Shown: piece after piece, positions 47,969-58,155 of the stretch
Numbering within the stretch: position 1 is the stretch's first letter
Layout of the letters: each line of letters opens with the position of its first letter
Notes under the pieces: model-generated
Told to the model about the DNA's origin: nothing
The model's input: only the letters and a program-made list of their open reading frames with translations
Databases searched by the model: none
Assembly: GCA_964613385.1 (NCBI GenBank)
Contig: CAZTGZ010000001.1
Span: forward strand, 105,836-169,835
Length of the DNA stretch: 64,000 bases
From: an uncultured Chitinophagaceae bacterium
GTDB taxonomy: Bacteria; Bacteroidota; Bacteroidia; NS11-12g; UBA9320
Direction: 5' to 3'
Program-made: the position numbers and the translations under genes

Positions 47969-49756
47969 ATGCTGCAATTGATTTCCGGACCATTAACGAA
48001 AGCCTATAAATACCTCATGTATCTTGGGGTTGAACCGGGTGACTCCAGAACTGAGACAAATAAGGTAATCTTATTAAACAAAATCTGTCTGTTTGTTATC
48101 CTCCTGATTGAAATTTATTGTGTGAATTATTTGTACCGGGGCATGATGATGATGTTCCATATTTCACAACTTTTGTCGATCGGATGGTTCATCGTTTTCT
48201 TTTTGACTGCCTCCAAAAAGCATTATGCTGCCCGTCTTTTTTCCGTTGCCTTATCCGGCCTAACCATCACATTGGTCTGCTATTTATACTCCATGAAAAG
48301 TGGGGTGTATTACTATCTCATTCCGGCAGCAGTCGGGTCATTTTGTCTTTTTTCTGCTGATCAGAAAAAGGAATTGGCCCTGAGTGCTGTCATTCCCCTG
48401 ATACTCTACATCATATCTGCCCGGTATTTCGGCGATGAGCCCAGATTGGTAGAGATGAATAATGAATACCTATTGTCATTATTATACCATACCTCCTTTG
48501 GACTTTCGCTGATTGCAACTTTGTTATTCGTGTATTATTTCGCTATTGAAAACAAAGCTATTGAGAAAGAACTCATCAAGGCAAGGGTAAAGGCGGAGTC
48601 AGCAGATCAGGCCAAATCCAAATTTCTCAGCATGATGAGCCATGAGATCAGAACTCCGATTACTGCCATGATTGGCTTCACCGATATGTTGCGTCGTCAA
48701 CCTTCCAAAGAGCAGCGCAACCAGTATTTGAATAACCTCTCCGTTTCAGGAAACAATCTGCTTCAGATTGTCAATGAGATCCTGGATTTCAGTGTGTTAG
48801 AGAGCGGAAATCTGAAAACAGTTACGGCCCCTTTTTCGCTGTCAGAACTGGCCAAAGAAGTGGTTTCGGGGTTACAACCTCTGGCCGACAAGCAAGGAAT
48901 ACAGTTGGAACTGAAATCTGATGAAGGATTGGCTGCATATCACGAAGCAGATCGCAAGTTGATCAATCAGATACTGATAAATTTGGTTCATAATGCCATC
49001 AAATTTACCCACGAAGGCTATGTGAGATTGATATTGGAGGCAAGGGAGTCAGATAAAGAAGGATTTCAGCACATAGACATTATCATAGAAGATACAGGTA
49101 TCGGATTTAGTGTAGATCAGAAGGATGATATTTTCAAACGGTTCTCGCAGTTATCAGGGGATATTAACCGAAAATACGGGGGTACCGGACTCGGATTATC
49201 CATTGTAAGAGAACTGGTGAAAGTAACGGGGGCGGATATTGAAGTAGCCAGTGAACCCGGGCAGGGAACCCGATTCACCATTCATTATCATTTGAAAACG
49301 AATCATGATTTTGTGGCCATTGCAAATCCGGAAAGCCTGATGGCAGATTTTGGGGAAAAGAAGGTACTGTTGGTGGAAGATGATGTTTTTAATGCCATGA
49401 TCGCTTCTTATATTTTGAAAGAATGGAATATGGAGGTAGATGAAGCCGGAGATGGAAATCAGGCCATCCAGAAATGTATCCGGAATCGTTACGACATCAT
49501 TCTGATGGATGTTCAGATGCCGGAATGCGATGGAATTACAGCAACTTTCAGAATTCGCAACCAGGAAGGTGGGCTGAATCTGGCGACACCCATTATCGGA
49601 TATACGGCAAATCTCAGTGCCGAAGAACGAAACAGGGGATTGGATGCCGGCATGAACGATTATCTGATAAAACCATTCAATCGGATGATGCTTTATCAAT
49701 CGCTGGTAAGACTGGGTTTAAGGGATGCCAATGATGAGCGCAACCCAACAAATTGA
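47969..49756 (+). CDS. hybrid sensor histidine kinase/response regulator with polytopic N-terminal membrane sensor
   Basis: An N-terminal ~200 aa region with 5-6 TM helices; HisKA with MSHEIRTPITAMIGF; HATPase_c (GGTGLGLSIVRELV); a C-terminal receiver domain (KVLLVEDDVFNAMI...DIILMDVQMPECDG). Confidence 0.85.
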   Translation: MLQLISGPLTKAYKYLMYLGVEPGDSRTETNKVILLNKICLFVILLIEIYCVNYLYRGMMMMFHISQLLSIGWFIVFFLTASKKHYAARLFSVALSGLTITLVCYLYSMKSGVYYYLIPAAVGSFCLFSADQKKELALSAVIPLILYIISARYFGDEPRLVEMNNEYLLSLLYHTSFGLSLIATLLFVYYFAIENKAIEKELIKARVKAESADQAKSKFLSMMSHEIRTPITAMIGFTDMLRRQPSKEQRNQYLNNLSVSGNNLLQIVNEILDFSVLESGNLKTVTAPFSLSELAKEVVSGLQPLADKQGIQLELKSDEGLAAYHEADRKLINQILINLVHNAIKFTHEGYVRLILEARESDKEGFQHIDIIIEDTGIGFSVDQKDDIFKRFSQLSGDINRKYGGTGLGLSIVRELVKVTGADIEVASEPGQGTRFTIHYHLKTNHDFVAIANPESLMADFGEKKVLLVEDDVFNAMIASYILKEWNMEVDEAGDGNQAIQKCIRNRYDIILMDVQMPECDGITATFRIRNQEGGLNLATPIIGYTANLSAEERNRGLDAGMNDYLIKPFNRMMLYQSLVRLGLRDANDERNPTN

Positions 49757-49774
49757 ACTAGATTTGTCACGGGA

Positions 49775-51292
49775 ATGTATCCATTTGTAAACTCATTGTT
49801 CTCCTGGTATTTGCGCCGACAATACGAACAGATATGGAATGCTGTTCAGAATCCGGTATCTATTCAAAAACATGTACTCAGAGATTTGTTGAAATCCGCC
49901 TCCAGAACGGAGTATGGCGAGAAATACAAGTTTTCCGATATCCGCAATTTCAAAGAATTTCGGGAGAGAGTGCCGCTGGTTTCGTACGAAGATCTGAAGC
50001 CGTTTATACAGCGCATGATGAAGGGCGAGCAGAATATTTTATGGCCTTCAGAGGTCAGGTATTTTGCCAAGTCGTCGGGAACTACCGGAGATAAGAGTAA
50101 ATACATTCCCGTAAGTCTGGAAGTGTTGGAGCATTGCCATTTCAGGGGAGGAAGGGATGTTTTGAGTATATATTGTCACCAATATCCGGAAACAAAAATC
50201 TTTGAAGGAAAAGGCCTGCTCATCGGGGGCAGCCTTGAAATTGGCAAAACAAGTGGGGAGATGCAAATGGGTGATCTCAGCGCAGTTATGATGAACAATA
50301 TGCCGTATTGGAGTACCCTGTTCAGTACTCCCGGTCCGGAAATTGCCATGCTCGGCGACTGGGAGGAGAAGCTGGAGAGAATGTCGGAAGCAACGTTACA
50401 GGAAGATGTTCGAAGTATTTCGGGCGTTCCAACCTGGACTATGGTATTGATAAAGAGATTGTTAGAGAAGAAGGGGACAAATAATCTGACGGATATCTGG
50501 CCGAATTTGGAACTGTTTATTCATGGAGGGGTTAGTTTCGATCCCTATCGCCATGAGTTTGAGACTTTAATTCCGGGCAACAGCATGCACTATCTGGAAA
50601 CCTACAATGCATCCGAAGGGTTTATGGCCATCCAGGATTTGCCCAACAGCAAGGATTTATTGTTGATGATGGATTATGGCATTTACTATGAATTCATTCC
50701 CCTGAAGAACCTGGAAGATGAAGTGCCTGTTAGTTTAAGTCTGGATGAAGTCAGTCTGAATACACCTTATGCGCTGGTAATTTCGACCAATGGCGGACTG
50801 TGGAGATATTTGCTGGGCGATACCATTGTCTTCACATCTATGGATCCGTTTCGCATACGGATAACAGGAAGGACCCGAAGCTATATCAATACATTTGGCG
50901 AAGAGTTGATGGTTTATAATAGCGACCATGCGATAACGGCGGCCTGTCAGGAAACCGGAGCCAGGGTGAGGGAGTACACCGCTGCGCCCATATTTATGAC
51001 AGCTTCACAAAAAGGTGGGCATGAATGGATGATTGAATTTGAAAAGATGCCTGATAGTCTGGAAGCATTCTCCCATAGTCTCGACCAACATTTAATGGCG
51101 GTTAACTCCGATTATGAGGCTAAAAGGGTTGGAGACATGGCATTGGCTGCGCCGTTGATTGTCGTTTGTCCGGAAAACACTTTTTATCGATGGCTTAAGC
51201 AAAACCAAAAGCTGGGCGGTCAACACAAAGTTCCACGCCTGTGTAATAACAGAATTTTGTTAGAGGAAATGAAGGCCCTGATGGTGCATTGA
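49775..51292 (+). CDS. GH3 (auxin-responsive promoter / acyl-acid-amido synthetase-like) family protein
   Basis: FAKSSGTTGDKSKYIPV (adenylation motif), YNASEGFMA and overall size match bacterial GH3-family proteins. Confidence 0.8.
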   Translation: MYPFVNSLFSWYLRRQYEQIWNAVQNPVSIQKHVLRDLLKSASRTEYGEKYKFSDIRNFKEFRERVPLVSYEDLKPFIQRMMKGEQNILWPSEVRYFAKSSGTTGDKSKYIPVSLEVLEHCHFRGGRDVLSIYCHQYPETKIFEGKGLLIGGSLEIGKTSGEMQMGDLSAVMMNNMPYWSTLFSTPGPEIAMLGDWEEKLERMSEATLQEDVRSISGVPTWTMVLIKRLLEKKGTNNLTDIWPNLELFIHGGVSFDPYRHEFETLIPGNSMHYLETYNASEGFMAIQDLPNSKDLLLMMDYGIYYEFIPLKNLEDEVPVSLSLDEVSLNTPYALVISTNGGLWRYLLGDTIVFTSMDPFRIRITGRTRSYINTFGEELMVYNSDHAITAACQETGARVREYTAAPIFMTASQKGGHEWMIEFEKMPDSLEAFSHSLDQHLMAVNSDYEAKRVGDMALAAPLIVVCPENTFYRWLKQNQKLGGQHKVPRLCNNRILLEEMKALMVH

Positions 51293-51295
51293 GGT

Positions 51296-52270
51296 TTAAT
51301 GATTGCGATCAATCACGAAATACACCAATTTTCTCAATTCCTGTTTTTGATGCTGGTCACCCTGAATGGACTCTAAAATTTCCAGGGCTTCCTTAAGATA
51401 GCGGTTCATGTGATCGATGGCATAATTAAGGCCGCCCTTTTCAATGACAAAACGGATGACTTCATTCACCATGTCCCTGTTTTTATGGTTATGGCGAATG
51501 ATGCGGATTATTTTCTTTTTCTCTGAACTTTCTGCCCGTGAGAGCGCACAGATCAGAGGTAGGGTCATTTTCTTTTCCTTGATATCAATGCCGGTAGGTT
51601 TTCCAATATCGCCATCTCCATAATCGAATAAATCATCTTTTATCTGAAAGGCAATGCCGATTTTAAGGCCAAAAAGTTTCATCCGGTTTACGGTATCTGT
51701 GTCATTTGTTCCGGAAACAGCACCAATTCCGCAGCAGGAAGCAATTAATGAAGCCGTTTTCTTTGAAATGATGTCGAAATAAACATCCTCAGAAATATCC
51801 AGTTTTCGGGCTTTTTCCAATTGCAGAAGCTCACCTTCACTCATTTGTTCCACAGCTTCGGATAGAATTTCGAGCATATCGTGGTCTTTGTGGCGCAATG
51901 CGAGCAGCAGACCTTTAGACAACAGGAAATCACCGACCAAAACGGCTATTTTGTTTTTCCAAAGCGCGTTGATGGAGAAAAAGCCTCTTCGCTTATAGGC
52001 TTCATCCACCACATCGTCGTGCACCAGAGATGCCGTATGCAGTAGCTCTACCAATGAAGCGCCCCTGTATGTTCTTTCGTTTATTGGACCAAAGATTCTG
52101 GAAGATAGAAGCACAAACATCGGGCGTATTTGCTTGCCCTTGCGTTTGACGATATAGGTCATGATGGTGTCCAGCAAGGGGACATTGGTTTTCATGCTCT
52201 GACGAAACATCTTTTCAAATGCTTCCAGTTCCGCTTTAATCGGAGCTTTTATTTCAGAGATGCCGGCCAT
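51296..52270 (-). CDS. polyprenyl diphosphate synthase (trans-isoprenyl diphosphate synthase family, IspB-like)
   Basis: First and second aspartate-rich motifs LVHDDVVDEA and FQIKDDLFDYGD. Confidence 0.85.
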   Translation of the reverse strand: MAGISEIKAPIKAELEAFEKMFRQSMKTNVPLLDTIMTYIVKRKGKQIRPMFVLLSSRIFGPINERTYRGASLVELLHTASLVHDDVVDEAYKRRGFFSINALWKNKIAVLVGDFLLSKGLLLALRHKDHDMLEILSEAVEQMSEGELLQLEKARKLDISEDVYFDIISKKTASLIASCCGIGAVSGTNDTDTVNRMKLFGLKIGIAFQIKDDLFDYGDGDIGKPTGIDIKEKKMTLPLICALSRAESSEKKKIIRIIRHNHKNRDMVNEVIRFVIEKGGLNYAIDHMNRYLKEALEILESIQGDQHQKQELRKLVYFVIDRNH

Positions 52271-52329
52271 TGGAATGGGGTCAAAGTTAAGTATGCTGTA
52301 CCGAAATACAGCAAGGGCTTATGACCTCT

Positions 52330-52791
52330 TTATTTACGGGCTTCTTTGCTGGCTGAATAATTTAGCTTAAGGGAATTTACCTGACGTAATTCCTGCTTGA
52401 TATCTTGTATCATCCCCATTTTAACCGATTTGTCGGCTTTGATGGAAGTGGTCAGATAATCACGAATGGCCTCGTCGCTTTTATTGCGTTCCAGGGTAAT
52501 ATACTCCTGAACATCTGCAACCGTAGCAAAAGCGTCATTCAATTGAATCCTCGAAGATGTTCCAACACTCTCATCAGTAGGTGGTCCTACATAAATGTAG
52601 TTTACCCAGCTTTTCTTTTCAAGTTTTTCAATCTCGGAAGCTTTGGGAACGATGGTTTTAACCTTCATTTCCTTGTCCTTCATTTTGGTAGCCACCATAA
52701 AGAAAAACAAAAGCATAAAAACAATATCAGGAAGAGATGAGGTATTGATTCCCGGGCTTCCTTCGGATTTCTTTTTCTTAAACTTTGACAT
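52330..52791 (-). CDS. biopolymer transporter ExbD/TolR family
   Basis: 153 aa ORF: N-terminal cytoplasmic K-rich tail, a single TM (DIVFMLLFFFMVATK), then a periplasmic domain. Confidence 0.75.
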   Translation of the reverse strand: MSKFKKKKSEGSPGINTSSLPDIVFMLLFFFMVATKMKDKEMKVKTIVPKASEIEKLEKKSWVNYIYVGPPTDESVGTSSRIQLNDAFATVADVQEYITLERNKSDEAIRDYLTTSIKADKSVKMGMIQDIKQELRQVNSLKLNYSASKEARK

Positions 52792-52792
52792 G

Positions 52793-53341
52793 TTATTCTT
52801 CTCCTATTTTAACCGGTTCTGCTTCTGAAATCTTCATGGGATGCATATCCTTGATCTCATCCTTCTGCTTTTTCGTGAGACTGCTGAAAGGTTTTCCATA
52901 CTTTCTCTCAGCTGCTTCATCTCTAACCTCGTTATAGGCACGTATCAGTTCATTGTAAACACCGACATATGTTTCAAATCCGGTTCCGCGGTCATTTTTC
53001 AGAGAAATGATGGCTTTTTCCGGAGAAGTTGACATAGAAGGATCTCTACCGTCATTGGTTAAAAATCGCTTGGTAAATGCATTCAGTTCGGAAACCTTCA
53101 TCAATTTCTTCTCCACCAGCAATTGATTGTTCGCATTGATCAACACTTCCAACACGTCGCGGTTATTCTGGGTAGAAGTTGGCGGTGGCTGACTTGGGTC
53201 CGGCCAAGGCGGTAATTTTACCTGCAAACCCGCATCGGTGCTCATGGTGGTGGTCACCAGAAAGAAAATCAGCAGCAGGAAGGCGATATCCGCCATAGAT
53301 CCGGCATTAATTTCTGGTGTTCCTCTGGATTTTCTTGCCAT
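52793..53341 (-). CDS. biopolymer transporter ExbD/TolR family (second copy)
   Basis: 182 aa ORF starting MARKSRGTPEINAGSMADIAFLLLIFFLVTT, the canonical ExbD start. Confidence 0.8.
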   Translation of the reverse strand: MARKSRGTPEINAGSMADIAFLLLIFFLVTTTMSTDAGLQVKLPPWPDPSQPPPTSTQNNRDVLEVLINANNQLLVEKKLMKVSELNAFTKRFLTNDGRDPSMSTSPEKAIISLKNDRGTGFETYVGVYNELIRAYNEVRDEAAERKYGKPFSSLTKKQKDEIKDMHPMKISEAEPVKIGEE

Positions 53342-53344
53342 GAC

Positions 53345-53749
53345 TTAGTTATTTTTAAAAATGCCCAATACTTCAGAATAAACCGCAGCCAGGATACAAA
53401 ATCCTCCTAAAACATATACGGTAACCAAGCCTCCGCTGATTACTTTACTCATGTTGTCGGAAACGTCAGGAAAGCTGTCTAGTCTCACAGGCTCAGCCAT
53501 GCTGAAGGCAATAAAGAAGATGACCCCAACAGCCGCCGCCCCTATCAATGCCAACATACTTTTCTTCACATTGTGAACCATATGTCTCAACGAGAAAAGT
53601 ATCCATAATGCAAATGCGGACGCAGTTAGCACCAAACCTTGATTAATTCCAAGTTCTACCTCAGTTCCTGTGGTAAATATTTTGTACATCGCCACCAGCA
53701 GTATACCTACTACAACGGCATAATATACCAGTCTTATTGTTTTAGACAT
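53345..53749 (-). CDS. small integral membrane protein between ExbB and ExbD genes
   Basis: 134 aa ORF with about 4 TM helices and no motif. Confidence 0.5.
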   Translation of the reverse strand: MSKTIRLVYYAVVVGILLVAMYKIFTTGTEVELGINQGLVLTASAFALWILFSLRHMVHNVKKSMLALIGAAAVGVIFFIAFSMAEPVRLDSFPDVSDNMSKVISGGLVTVYVLGGFCILAAVYSEVLGIFKNN

Positions 53750-53757
53750 GCGTAAAA

Positions 53758-54591
53758 TTATTTAATGAGTTTCGACTTAATCAACATATCAACCAAAGAG
53801 ATGCTGGCATCTTCCATGGTATTCACGAGGTTATCGATTTTAGAAACCAAATAGTTATAAAACAACTGAAGGATAATCGCAACAACAAGACCTCCGATGG
53901 TTGTTAAAAGAGCTACTTTAATACCTCCCGCTACAATGGTAGCTGAAATATCACCTGCTTTTTCAATCGCATCGAACGACTGCACCATACCCACAACCGT
54001 TCCAAGGAACCCGAGCATCGGCGCTAACGCAATAAACAAAGAAATCCATACCAGTCCCTTTTCCAATTGTCCCATTTGAACTGATCCATAACTTACGACA
54101 GATTTTTCTACAATTTCCAGACCTTCATCGCTGCGATCCAATCCCTGATAAAAAATGCTGGCAACAGGTCCACGGGTATTTCTGCATACTTCTTTGGCAC
54201 TTTCAATACCTCCGTTGTTCAACGCTTGTTCAACGTTATTTAAGAACTTGCTGGTATTGATGCTGGCCATGTTCAAAGAAATGATACGCTCTATGGCAAT
54301 AGCTAATCCTAAAATCAAACAAAGCAATACCGGAGCCATCCACACCGGATCTCCTTCAATAAATTTTTCGACCAATACTCTATGGCCTGACTTTTTGGCT
54401 GCCGGGGCATCACCGGCCGGAGCACCTTCTTCAGCTGCAGCTTCTGTTGTATCCGTAGTGGCAGAAGATGTGTCCTGAGCATAAATGTTTTGAGATCCAC
54501 TTACTACAAACGCGGTCATTAAAACAAGAATCGCAAATAATCTTTTCATTGTTGTGTTGTTAAATTGGCTTTTACGCATAGATGGCGACAA
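53758..54591 (-). CDS. MotA/TolQ/ExbB proton-channel family protein
   Basis: Signal peptide, a low-complexity acidic/Ala-rich segment, then three TM helices with the MotA_ExbB signature region (LAPMLGFLGTVVGMVQSF). Confidence 0.85.
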   Translation of the reverse strand: MSPSMRKSQFNNTTMKRLFAILVLMTAFVVSGSQNIYAQDTSSATTDTTEAAAEEGAPAGDAPAAKKSGHRVLVEKFIEGDPVWMAPVLLCLILGLAIAIERIISLNMASINTSKFLNNVEQALNNGGIESAKEVCRNTRGPVASIFYQGLDRSDEGLEIVEKSVVSYGSVQMGQLEKGLVWISLFIALAPMLGFLGTVVGMVQSFDAIEKAGDISATIVAGGIKVALLTTIGGLVVAIILQLFYNYLVSKIDNLVNTMEDASISLVDMLIKSKLIK

Positions 54592-54706
54592 AAATAGAAA
54601 AATTTATATCTACGTATATTAACTCTTTGCTAATTTTTGGGCTGTTGTAAGATGTTCAACCATTATAAAACGCAATCATGGACTAATATTGCATGTAAAA
54701 ACTGCA

Positions 54707-56059
54707 TTGGCCAAAGAAAAGACCATGTTTTATTGCTCCTCCTGCGGAGCATCATCGGTTAAGTGGATAGGAAAATGCCCCTCATGTGGGCAATGGAACA
54801 GTTTTGTGGAAGAGTTGGCTCCGGTTTCCGTGCCGGCCTGGTCCGCGGATCGGGATCGGAAATCCAGAAGTGCCATCAGAATAGACGAAATACAGGAAAA
54901 AGACGATGTACGTATCAGAATTCCCGGCAAAGAGCTGAACCGGGTGCTCGGTGGCGGTTTGGTTCCCGGTAGCTTGATTTTACTCGGAGGCGAACCGGGA
55001 ATCGGGAAAAGTACGCTGATGTTGCAAACCGCATTGCGTCTAAAAAACAAGGTTCTATACGTAAGTGGGGAAGAGAGTGAAGTGCAAATTCACATGCGGG
55101 CAAAGCGCATCGGTATTTCCAACGATAATTGCTATATACTGCCTGAAACCGAAACATCAGCTATTTTTCATGTCATCCGGGACCTTCAACCTCAATTGGT
55201 CATCATAGATTCTATACAGACCTTATATTCCAAGGTGCTGGATTCAGCTCCCGGGTCTTTGTTGCAGGTTCGGGAATGCGCCGGCGAAATGTTGCGTTTC
55301 AGCAAAGAATCGGGCGTTCCGGTGGTATTAATTGGACATATTACCAAGGATGGAGCCATTGCCGGTCCGAAAATTCTCGAACATATGGTGGATGTTGTCC
55401 TGCAGTTTGAAGGAGATCGCCATCATACCTACAGATTATTGCGAACTTTAAAGAACCGATTTGGTTCAGCCAGTGAGTTGGGTATCTATGAAATGATCAG
55501 CGAAGGACTCCGGGAAGTGAACAATCCGAGCGAAATTCTGATCACAGAGCGAGACCACCAACTACCCGGAATTTGTGTAACCGCTGCCCTGGAGGGTATG
55601 CGACCACTTCTGGTTGAAACACAGGCTCTGGTTAGCAGTGCGGTATATGGAACTCCGCAACGAAATGCCAATGGATATGATTTGCGCAGGCTGAATATGT
55701 TGCTTGCCGTATTGGAAAAACGCTGTGGCTTTAAACTGGCCATGTTCGATGTGTTTGTCAATATTGCGGGCGGATTGCACCTCACAGATCCCGGTATCGA
55801 TCTGAGTATAGCCTGCAGTATTTTATCGAGCTATCATAATATTACCCTGCCGAACAAGCTCGTTTGTATTGGTGAAATTGGATTGAGCGGTGAAATCAGA
55901 GCTGTGAACCGAATGGAACAGCGATTAACAGAAGCCGAAAAACTCGGTTTTACCGAAGTCATCGTGAGTCAGCATGGTTTAAAAGGAATGCGTAAACCCA
56001 AAATCAAAATTACCGGAGCAGACCGAATCGACGAAGTATTCTCGATGTTATTCGGTTGA
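54707..56059 (+). CDS. radA: DNA repair protein RadA (Sms)
   Basis: Zinc finger CSSCGASSVKWIGKCPSCGQWN; Walker A GGEPGIGKST; the KNRFG motif (LKNRFGS); a C-terminal Lon-like domain. I chose the start at an in-frame TTG giving MAKEKTMFYCSSCG; the ATG at 54725 is an alternative. Confidence 0.9.
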   Translation: MAKEKTMFYCSSCGASSVKWIGKCPSCGQWNSFVEELAPVSVPAWSADRDRKSRSAIRIDEIQEKDDVRIRIPGKELNRVLGGGLVPGSLILLGGEPGIGKSTLMLQTALRLKNKVLYVSGEESEVQIHMRAKRIGISNDNCYILPETETSAIFHVIRDLQPQLVIIDSIQTLYSKVLDSAPGSLLQVRECAGEMLRFSKESGVPVVLIGHITKDGAIAGPKILEHMVDVVLQFEGDRHHTYRLLRTLKNRFGSASELGIYEMISEGLREVNNPSEILITERDHQLPGICVTAALEGMRPLLVETQALVSSAVYGTPQRNANGYDLRRLNMLLAVLEKRCGFKLAMFDVFVNIAGGLHLTDPGIDLSIACSILSSYHNITLPNKLVCIGEIGLSGEIRAVNRMEQRLTEAEKLGFTEVIVSQHGLKGMRKPKIKITGADRIDEVFSMLFG

Positions 56060-57475
56060 TGCCGGCCAGGGCAAATCGTTTTTCTTCTTGATTCCAATAC
56101 CTGAATCGTACCACATGGAATCATACCCTTCCGTCCAATTGCGATGCCAGCCGGAGTCTGATTCGAGATATATGATATAATCCGGAGCCACCGGACTGTC
56201 CATAAACTGTGGCCACATGGCTCGGTGTCGGTGAAAGAGGTGAAAATACTTCTGGGTTGGCCCGACCACTTTTTTGCGATCAATGTTTTGCGCCCATGAT
56301 TTTACAATAGGAAAAGAAGCATCTTCTGCATATACTTTTTTTTCCGACTGAATGGTGCCCATCATCTGAATCAGATTCTGATCTTTAACGGAAGCGAGCA
56401 ACCCGAATTGAAAGACCCAAAGCATGATCACCAAAACCACACCTACCGGCAGTCTCAAATGCTCCAGATTTTCGGCATGTCGATAAAACAACATCACTAG
56501 CATCATATTTCCTACCGACCACAAAGCCGACAAACGGGGCTGCCACAAGAGACTGTGGTACATATCCGGAAAATAATATAAGGCAGACACACAGGAAGCC
56601 GCAAACACCGGAAGGCTGACCAGCATTAACAAACCAACCGATTTCAGCCATCGTTTCCCATCAGCCACCGCAATAAACAACAGCAATAGGGTGGGCATCA
56701 ATAGATAAATGTAACCTCTTATATTCAGCCAGGTATGCTTCATCAATAATTCGGGTTGGGTGCCGATCTTTGATAATGCCATAGCCAGGCGGTTTTGCGT
56801 TCCTTCCGAGGATTGTATCTGAAGCATGGACAAGAGAAAAACAGTACTGCATGCCAGTGACAGAATTGCTATTTTCTCAAAGGACCATTTTGGAGCCCCG
56901 ATCCCCATAGCTATCGGGAATGCCCACAATGTCATTCCGGTCCAGATCAGAATAATACCATCCTCCCGAACTAAAAAAATCAGTATTCCCAGCAAAATGC
57001 TCTGGACTTTTTTGCCGGATACCAAAGCAGCAGCCCAGGCGATGCAAAGGGGGAAATACAGCAACTCCGCATGATAGCCATAAGGGTTATTGTCGAAAAT
57101 CCAAAAGGCAAAAGGCCCCAATAACACCGCGAAACTGAGTATGCCCGCTGCCTTCGTTGACATAAATTTAGACAAATTATACAATGCCCATAAACTGCAT
57201 AGCAATTGTACCACAAACAATCCCGGAACGCCCAGGAGCATAGTAAAAGGGGCCAGTAAGGGACTCAAAAAGAAATTGTGCAGCGCTCCGTGGTTGCCAT
57301 AGCGGTAATCGAAAAACAATGGTTGGCCTGACATCCACAATCTGCTGATTTGATCATGAATATATACGTCCATATAATAGGCTCCGGTTTCAAATCGCAT
57401 CCACTTGAGCCAGGCCCAGGCTATTAAAATAAGGATTCCGAAAATGACGAGGATTTTACGCATGTTCACGGACAA
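56048..57475 (-). CDS. large polytopic integral membrane protein (DUF2079-like or glycosyltransferase-C-like), function unknown
   Basis: 475 aa ORF with more than 10 TM helices and no catalytic motif recognised. Confidence 0.55.
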   Translation of the reverse strand: MSVNMRKILVIFGILILIAWAWLKWMRFETGAYYMDVYIHDQISRLWMSGQPLFFDYRYGNHGALHNFFLSPLLAPFTMLLGVPGLFVVQLLCSLWALYNLSKFMSTKAAGILSFAVLLGPFAFWIFDNNPYGYHAELLYFPLCIAWAAALVSGKKVQSILLGILIFLVREDGIILIWTGMTLWAFPIAMGIGAPKWSFEKIAILSLACSTVFLLSMLQIQSSEGTQNRLAMALSKIGTQPELLMKHTWLNIRGYIYLLMPTLLLLFIAVADGKRWLKSVGLLMLVSLPVFAASCVSALYYFPDMYHSLLWQPRLSALWSVGNMMLVMLFYRHAENLEHLRLPVGVVLVIMLWVFQFGLLASVKDQNLIQMMGTIQSEKKVYAEDASFPIVKSWAQNIDRKKVVGPTQKYFHLFHRHRAMWPQFMDSPVAPDYIIYLESDSGWHRNWTEGYDSMWYDSGIGIKKKNDLPWPASTE

Positions 57476-57555
57476 TAGACGTATTCTCAGGCAAATAACA
57501 ATATTATAATTGTAAATTCGTTCAACGGACTATCTGAATTGCTGTAAACCGCACA

Positions 57556-58155
57556 ATGCCGAGAATATTATTGTTGCTTCTGATACCTTTCCTTTATTGC
57601 CCGGTGAAGGGCCAGAATGCACCTGAATTATCAGATTATACCGCTACTTTTACGCATGGCAATGTACTGGTAAACTGGACCATTAAATCCGGTAACACAT
57701 GCAATGGAGCCAGGTTGTTTCACAGTTCGGATAGTGTTCATTATCAATTGATTCATGAGGTGTTCGGCGTTTGTGGAAACATAACGGAAGAAGAGCATTA
57801 TTTCTTTTTGCATACCCAACCCGGGCTCAATCAAAGTAACTACTACCGGTTGGAACTGGGCACAGATCAAAATTTCTGGATCACACGGCTTTTTGTCCCT
57901 TTGGAAGCACAAAATGCACTGAATATCTGGCCTTCGCCTGCCCGGGAAACTGTTTTTGCCGGCTGGGAGAATCCAACGTATGAAATGCATCTGCTGCGAC
58001 TCATGGATGCGCAAGGCCGGATATTATATGAATCATCTACCAGAGAATCGTTTTTTAGTACGGCATTAAACGGATATCCTTCCGGTATTTATTATATGAC
58101 TCTTCAGAAAGAAGGCGAACGGAAAATACATTTTCAGAAATTCGCCGTGTATTAA
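57556..58155 (+). CDS. small secreted protein with T9SS C-terminal sorting domain
   Basis: Signal peptide (LLLLIPFLYCPVKGQ). The C-terminal ~80 aa (LNIWPSPARETVFAGWE...LLRLMDAQGRILYE...GIYYMTLQKEGERKIHFQKFAVY) resemble the T9SS type-A CTD. Confidence 0.55.
   Translation: MPRILLLLLIPFLYCPVKGQNAPELSDYTATFTHGNVLVNWTIKSGNTCNGARLFHSSDSVHYQLIHEVFGVCGNITEEEHYFFLHTQPGLNQSNYYRLELGTDQNFWITRLFVPLEAQNALNIWPSPARETVFAGWENPTYEMHLLRLMDAQGRILYESSTRESFFSTALNGYPSGIYYMTLQKEGERKIHFQKFAVY

Noticed and set aside
54840-54870. CGGGATCGG shared between radA coding sequence and the 62976-62986 palindrome flank
   Set aside because: A 9-mer match is expected by chance in 64 kb.
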